Source of the DNA: Chthoniobacteraceae bacterium | Lineage (GTDB): Bacteria > Verrucomicrobiota > Verrucomicrobiia > Chthoniobacterales > Chthoniobacteraceae | DNA length: 24,443 nucleotides | Direction of reading: 5' to 3' | NCBI GenBank assembly: GCA_040081625.1 | Contig: JBEBGD010000085.1 | Location: forward strand, 1-24,443 | In this document: positions 20,086 through 24,443 of the stretch, one piece after another | Layout of the letters: every line of letters begins with the position of its first letter | Numbering within the stretch: the stretch's first letter is position 1 | Notes under the pieces: model-generated | Told to the model about the DNA's origin: nothing | Database searches by the model: none | What the model saw: only the letters and a program-made list of their open reading frames with translations | Position numbers and translations under genes: made by a program

Positions 20086-20114
20086 AGTATTCGCGCTGGC
20101 GCTCATTAAGACAA
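20086..20114 (-). promoter_or_regulatory. Candidate leaderless promoter of the hicBA cassette
   Basis: TTGTCT-N17-AATACT-N6-ATG(20079). Confidence 0.45.
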
Positions 20115-20121
20115 GCGTGAA

Positions 20122-20268
20122 TCACGGCTCGCCCTGCGGCCCGGCGGGGATGCTATCGATGCGTTCGTTTGTCTCGGTGATCCGCTCGTCGAAACTATCG
20201 AACTGCGCGCGGATCTCGTCCGCGTCGGCGATCTCGCCGTTGATGGGGTGCGTGGGGTCGTAGGGCAT
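20122..20268 (-). pseudogene. Truncated 5' copy A of the MPYDP gene (48-aa ORF, not in the ORF track)
   Basis: MPYDPTHPINGEIADADEIRAQFDSFDERITETNERIDSIPAGPQGEP*; 20128-20268 matches 18741-18881 at 127 of 141 nt. Confidence 0.9.
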
Positions 20269-20280
20269 GATCGTCCGCGC

Positions 20281-21351
20281 TTATTGTCTTGCCGAAGGGA
20301 GCTGCAATTCTGCTGCACATTCCTTAGCCAATCTAATAGGCCAATCCGGGTCCGAAAGGAATTCGGGTTTCTCAGTCTGATAACGCTTGTATCGGCTAAG
20401 AAATTCCTTGTTAAGTGGCGACTCCGCAATGCGAAGTTCTGGAAAAAGTTCGATAGCCCTCCGTTGTGCCAACTTTGGATCTGAACGGTATTTCGCCAAC
20501 TCCTTCGCATGGCGTTCCATTTCTTCGCGTTCCGCCTTTGCAGCATCCTCGCGCTTGTTGCGCTCAATTATCGCTAGGAGGGCAGTTAGGTTTTGTCCTT
20601 CCATCGCTGATCGCACGAGCGACTCGGCACCCACGGTGTGAATGGCCGACTGAGCAGAGTCCGCCGTTGAGAGATTGTCGTTGGAAAGGAAGATCATCTT
20701 CGCTTCCTGCCCCGATGCATCAACGCGGACCATCCATGCGTATTCCTCCTTGGCATTTCCAGCCGTCCGTTCTGCCTGGGCAGCTAATATGTATTTTGCG
20801 TTTCGAGCGACCTTGAAAGAGAACTTCCCGTCGGCATCGGTCTTTGTCGTCATAAGCGGCGGCGGGAGATCAGAGAAGTAGTATTGCGCGCTGGTTCCAT
20901 ATCCAGCTCTGCCAAGAATGGTGCGCCACAACTCTCTCGCCGTGCTCGCCGCCGTCTTCGCTGCCTCATATTGATCCTTCTTTTTTTGGTTACGGATTTC
21001 ATCGAGATACACCTTAAACGCAGCGTCCTCGACTTTTTTTGCTTCATCCACTAACGCTTTGGCTATTTGTGCCTTTTCAGTGAAATAGGTCATCGCCGGC
21101 AAAGCTTCCGTGCGCTTCCTTTGAAGATTCTCCGAAAGAACCACATCATCAAAAACGCCGATCGTCACTAAAGCTAACTTATACGAGCCGGCTCCTTTGG
21201 TCACGATGAACACCTGGCCGTCAACTTGTGTCACATCGTCTGCCGCCTTGGCGGTATGAGCGCTCAATATCCCCAAGATTGCCATGGCGAGGAGGACGCT
21301 CTCGCGCTTTCGGACGGTCGAAAGTAGCTTAACCATTTGGACTAATTGCAT
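20281..21351 (-). CDS. Hypothetical exported protein, lower GC than its flanks
   Basis: Signal-like segment (LLAMAILGILSAHTAKA), TKTDADGKFSF transthyretin/Cna-like motif, coiled segments; many A/T-ending codons. Start uncertain. Confidence 0.75.
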   Translation of the reverse strand: MQLVQMVKLLSTVRKRESVLLAMAILGILSAHTAKAADDVTQVDGQVFIVTKGAGSYKLALVTIGVFDDVVLSENLQRKRTEALPAMTYFTEKAQIAKALVDEAKKVEDAAFKVYLDEIRNQKKKDQYEAAKTAASTARELWRTILGRAGYGTSAQYYFSDLPPPLMTTKTDADGKFSFKVARNAKYILAAQAERTAGNAKEEYAWMVRVDASGQEAKMIFLSNDNLSTADSAQSAIHTVGAESLVRSAMEGQNLTALLAIIERNKREDAAKAEREEMERHAKELAKYRSDPKLAQRRAIELFPELRIAESPLNKEFLSRYKRYQTEKPEFLSDPDWPIRLAKECAAELQLPSARQ

Positions 21352-21353
21352 TT

Positions 21354-22208
21354 TTACGGGTTCGGCGGCGTCGGCGCCGGCTCCTCCCCCGGCCCGTGCC
21401 CCGCGTCCACGATTTCGCGCGTCTGTTTCCAGGCGGCGGCGAAGCGGTCGCCCAGTTCGGTGCCGGCGTATTGGAGGGCGATGTCGTCCATCGGCTCGAT
21501 CTGCGTCATGCAGGCGCCGACGCGCGTGGTCAGCTCGCGCAGGAGGGCGGCGCGGTCGGCGATGCGCGTGCGCGGGGCGTTGATGAGCGTCTCGAAGTCG
21601 GTGATCGCCGCGGTCAGCGCGGTGATTTTCGCGGCGGTGATGCCGCGCTTGGCGGCGTCGGCGTGCGCGACGGCGATCTGCGCGCAGTCGCGGATGACTT
21701 TGGTCGTGTCCACGAGGTCGCGGTCGCGCAAGCCCTGCAGGGCGGACTTGCTGAAGTTGACCTTGGCGCAGTTCTCCATGTCGTGGGTCTTGCTGAAGTG
21801 GTTCACGCAGGCCCGCGCGAGCGGGTGCGCGCGGTCTTCGAGGATGGTCTCGGTGCCGTCCTTGGCCGTGGTGATGCCGGTGGTCGCGGCCTTGGCCAGG
21901 ATGGCCGTCTCATTCGCGGCGGCGTAAAGGCCGCGCAGGATGTCGAGGTCGGCGGGCAGCTCGAGGGCGCTGCCGCTGAGCAGCGGCGCGAACTCCTCGC
22001 GGTCGGCGAGCTTGATGCACGCGTCGATCATGTTCAGGCGGTTTTGCAGGATGTCTTTCATGGCTTTGGGTCGGGTGGATTTAGGTGGCGGTGAAATCGG
22101 TGGAGGCGGGGCGGGCGTGCTGGCGGCCCATTTGAAATGCCCCCAGCGGGCCTGCCCCCAAATCGGCGGATCGAGCGGTTCGCTGGGCGGGTCGGAGGGT
22201 TCGGGCAT
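21354..22208 (-). CDS. Hypothetical all-helical protein with a Pro-rich W-x4-W-x4-W leader
   Basis: Strong GC3 codon bias over 21354-22061; helical body and Pro-rich tail. Alternative start at ATG 22061 (MKDILQNRL). Confidence 0.8.
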   Translation of the reverse strand: MPEPSDPPSEPLDPPIWGQARWGHFKWAASTPAPPPPISPPPKSTRPKAMKDILQNRLNMIDACIKLADREEFAPLLSGSALELPADLDILRGLYAAANETAILAKAATTGITTAKDGTETILEDRAHPLARACVNHFSKTHDMENCAKVNFSKSALQGLRDRDLVDTTKVIRDCAQIAVAHADAAKRGITAAKITALTAAITDFETLINAPRTRIADRAALLRELTTRVGACMTQIEPMDDIALQYAGTELGDRFAAAWKQTREIVDAGHGPGEEPAPTPPNP

Positions 22209-22229
22209 GGGTTTTACAGAGTAGCGGGC

Positions 22230-22481
22230 GCGTTTGGACGCCTGACTGGTCGATTTGGGACAATGAAAAGTCGATTTGGGGACCTCGCGGGTTCATTTGG
22301 GGACCGTGTTTCTCGATTTGGATGCCTTCCCGATTCGTTTGGAGACCTGCCGCCGCGATTCGGGAAGCTGATTTCCCGGTTTGGCGGCCTGCCGATTCGG
22401 TTTGGGCGTCTGCCGATTCGGTTTGGCGGACGGGCGATTTGCTTTGGCGAGCGGCTGCCGGGTTTCGGCGAAGCACGACGA
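22230..22481. repeat. Degenerate tandem array, 12 x 21 bp, invariant TTYGG core
   Basis: Units start at 22230, 22251, 22272 ... 22461; each reads NNN-TTY-GGN followed by 12 variable nt, with no indels. Confidence 0.9.
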
Positions 22482-22655
22482 CGATCCCGCGCGTCGCCTG
22501 CACGAGTGCGGGCGAATGATCCTCGCTTTGCATGGATGCTCCACGGTTCATCGAGTGCTCTGGGTCGCCCGCTGATGACGACCCGGCTCGAAAGGGTCAA
22601 TGATTATTTTTCAAATGCGGGCAGTCGGCGTAGCGAAGGAGATCGCCCGTCCGTG

Positions 22656-22868
22656 ATGACTCATCCGCCACTCGATCAACTCCGCCGTCCGCTGCACGAC
22701 CTGCGCGTGTCGGTCACCGACCGCTGCAATTTCCGCTGCACGTATTGCATGCCGAAGGAGGTGTTCGGGCGCGACTATGCGTTCCTCCCGCGCGCGGAGA
22801 TTTGGAATTGCCCGCATCCCGTGCTAACTGCCGATCGCCATGCGCCAGATTCGCCCGACCATCGATGA
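22656..22868 (+). pseudogene. moaA: Truncated 5' copy of moaA (70-aa ORF retaining CxxxCxxC)
   Basis: 22671-22801 matches 23774-23904 at 125 of 131 nt, then diverges abruptly. Confidence 0.9.
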
Positions 22869-23097
22869 GCTCAAGAAGCGCTACTCGCGCGCCATGGCGC
22901 AGCGCAAGATGACCGAGCGTCGGCACGCGGCGCGGCCCAGCGGTGCGAAAGTCGTCAAGACTCCCGACAACTCCGAGCCGTGGATGCCGCACCCGCCGCA
23001 GAGCCTCGCGGATTGCATCTGGATTTCGGAGCAAGCGTCCCGCAGGGTCGAAGAATGGCAGCAGGCATTCATACCGACGACTTCGTCCGCGAGCTAG
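22840..23097 (+). CDS. Small basic hypothetical protein, possible antitoxin partner
   Basis: 85-aa ORF directly upstream of and overlapping the nucleotidyltransferase gene; no family recognised. Confidence 0.55.
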   Translation: MRQIRPTIDELKKRYSRAMAQRKMTERRHAARPSGAKVVKTPDNSEPWMPHPPQSLADCIWISEQASRRVEEWQQAFIPTTSSAS

Positions 23098-23759
23098 CGC
23101 GGCGTCATCGCGTCCTGATGCTTGGGGGCATGGCGATCATCGCTCACGGGTTCAGCCGCCCGACGAAGGACTCGGATGTCTGGCTGGAGCCGTTTGGCAG
23201 CGCCGAGGAATGGGCCTCGCGCCTCCGTGAGGTGATGAACACTTTTCGCGGCCTGCAGGTGTGGTCTCTGTCCCGGCGGTGCGTGCTGCCGCCGGAGGAC
23301 ATCGCGGCGGAGGCCGAGGATTTCGGGGTCGTGCGGGTGAATGGATTGAGCCTGCCCCTCGATGTGTTTCGCAAGCCGAACGAACTGGAAGTCGGATCCT
23401 TCGAAGACATCTGGTCCAACTCGCGGGCGCTCAAGGACGGCGTGCACCTGCCCGACGAGATCGACCTTTATCGGACCAAGATCAACACGGGGCGGGACCA
23501 GGATTGGAAAGATCAACTCTTTCTCGAATCGCTTGTGAAGAAACGATTTCGCGAGCGGCTGCCGGTGTGCGGCGCGGCGGAAGCACGCGGGTTGTTTGAG
23601 CGGTTTCTCGATCCCGAAGTCCTCGCCTTCGCCCTCGACAATCCCGATGCCGAAGTTCGTGCGCTGGCGCTCGTGCATCTCCGCGAGTTCGAGACGGAGG
23701 GCGATCCGTATTCGCGGGACATCCTCGCCGCATGGCGGACGAAAAATCCGGTGGCGTGA
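23055..23759 (+). CDS. Pol-beta superfamily nucleotidyltransferase (AbiEii/DUF6036-like), putative toxin
   Basis: [22 protein letters not shown] (GG.A...HG..R.T.D.D), LDVF, and [10 protein letters not shown]. Start at ATG 23055. Confidence 0.8.
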   Translation: MAAGIHTDDFVRELARRHRVLMLGGMAIIAHGFSRPTKDSDVWLEPFGSAEEWASRLREVMNTFRGLQVWSLSRRCVLPPEDIAAEAEDFGVVRVNGLSLPLDVFRKPNELEVGSFEDIWSNSRALKDGVHLPDEIDLYRTKINTGRDQDWKDQLFLESLVKKRFRERLPVCGAAEARGLFERFLDPEVLAFALDNPDAEVRALALVHLREFETEGDPYSRDILAAWRTKNPVA

Positions 23760-24443
23760 CACTTCCGGCTCCGCTCGATCAACTCCGCCGTCCGCTGCAC
23801 GACCTGCGCGTGTCGGTCACCGACCGCTGCAATTTCCGCTGCACGTATTGCATGCCGAAGGAGGTCTTCGGGCGCGATTACGAATTCCTGCCGCGCGCGG
23901 AGATCCTGAGCTTCGAGGAGATCGCGCGGGTGGTGCGGTGCTTCGTGGCGCTCGGGGTGGAGAAGGTGCGGCTCACCGGCGGCGAGCCGCTGCTGCGCAA
24001 GAATCTCGACCGGCTCATCGCGCAACTCGCGGGGATCGACGGGCTGCGCGACATCACGCTCACGACGAATGGCTCGGTGCTCGCGCCGCTCGCTGCGTCG
24101 CTGCGCGCGGCGGGACTGAAGCGGATCACCGTGAGCCTCGATGCGCTCGATGATGCGACCTTCCGCGCGATGAACGACGCGGACTTCCCCGTGTCGCGCG
24201 TGCTCGACGGGATCGACGCGGCGGTCGCGGCTGGCTTCGCGCCGATCAAGATCAACGCGGTGATCCGCCGCGGCGTGAATGAGAACGCGATCGCGGAACT
24301 CGCGGAGAGGTTTTCCGGGCCGGAGTTCATCGTGCGCTTCATCGAATACATGGATGTGGGAAACACGAACGGCTGGCGGCTCGACGATGTCGTGCCCGCC
24401 GCGGAGATCGTCGCGCGGCTGCAAGGTGGAAGCGGCGCCCCGC
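23756..24443 (+). CDS. moaA: GTP 3',8-cyclase MoaA (radical SAM), 3'-partial
   Basis: GTG start overlapping the upstream [63 protein letters not shown]; open to the window end, so absent from the ORF track. Confidence 0.96.
   Translation, partial: MTLPAPLDQLRRPLHDLRVSVTDRCNFRCTYCMPKEVFGRDYEFLPRAEILSFEEIARVVRCFVALGVEKVRLTGGEPLLRKNLDRLIAQLAGIDGLRDITLTTNGSVLAPLAASLRAAGLKRITVSLDALDDATFRAMNDADFPVSRVLDGIDAAVAAGFAPIKINAVIRRGVNENAIAELAERFSGPEFIVRFIEYMDVGNTNGWRLDDVVPAAEIVARLQGGSGAP

Noticed and set aside
18882..21353. Classical integron cassette array
   Set aside because: No intI and no recognisable attC (RYYYAAC...GTTRRRY) palindromes; the separators are coding-sequence duplications.
22230..22481. 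CRISPR array
   Set aside because: The conserved part is only ~5 bp with a 21-bp period, far shorter than CRISPR repeat-spacer units, and there are no cas genes.
22137..22868. 243-aa ORF fusing FG heptads to the moaA N-terminus
   Set aside because: It overlaps the start of the opposite-strand gene and crosses the divergent intergenic region; better explained as an open repeat frame running into the moaA fragment. Not fully excluded.

Overview
GC-rich bacterial chromosomal window; the gene content and style suggest Verrucomicrobiota (inference, not verified). The left two-thirds is mostly housekeeping: a partial caspase-fold-like hypothetical, an SGNH hydrolase, xseB-dxs, an atypical GrpE-like/Hsp70/J-like-FGE-domain operon, rplU-rpmA, a liv-type ABC transporter and sdhCAB. 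The right third (about 16.9-23.8 kb) is an accessory hot spot with three clear type II toxin-antitoxin pairs and one TA-like nucleotidyltransferase pair. Three of these four cassettes lie between a truncated 112-141 bp copy of a gene's 5' end and the next copy of that gene start: three tandem 'MPYDP...' starts of a collagen/fibre-like gene and two moaA starts. The fourth splits sdhA from sdhB and is flanked by a 9-bp direct repeat. No integrase or transposase is visible. A 12 x 21-bp phased TTYGG array lies directly upstream of an uncharacterised operon whose first gene has a Trp-motif, Pro-rich leader. All calls come from reading the sequence and recognising motifs; no searches were run.
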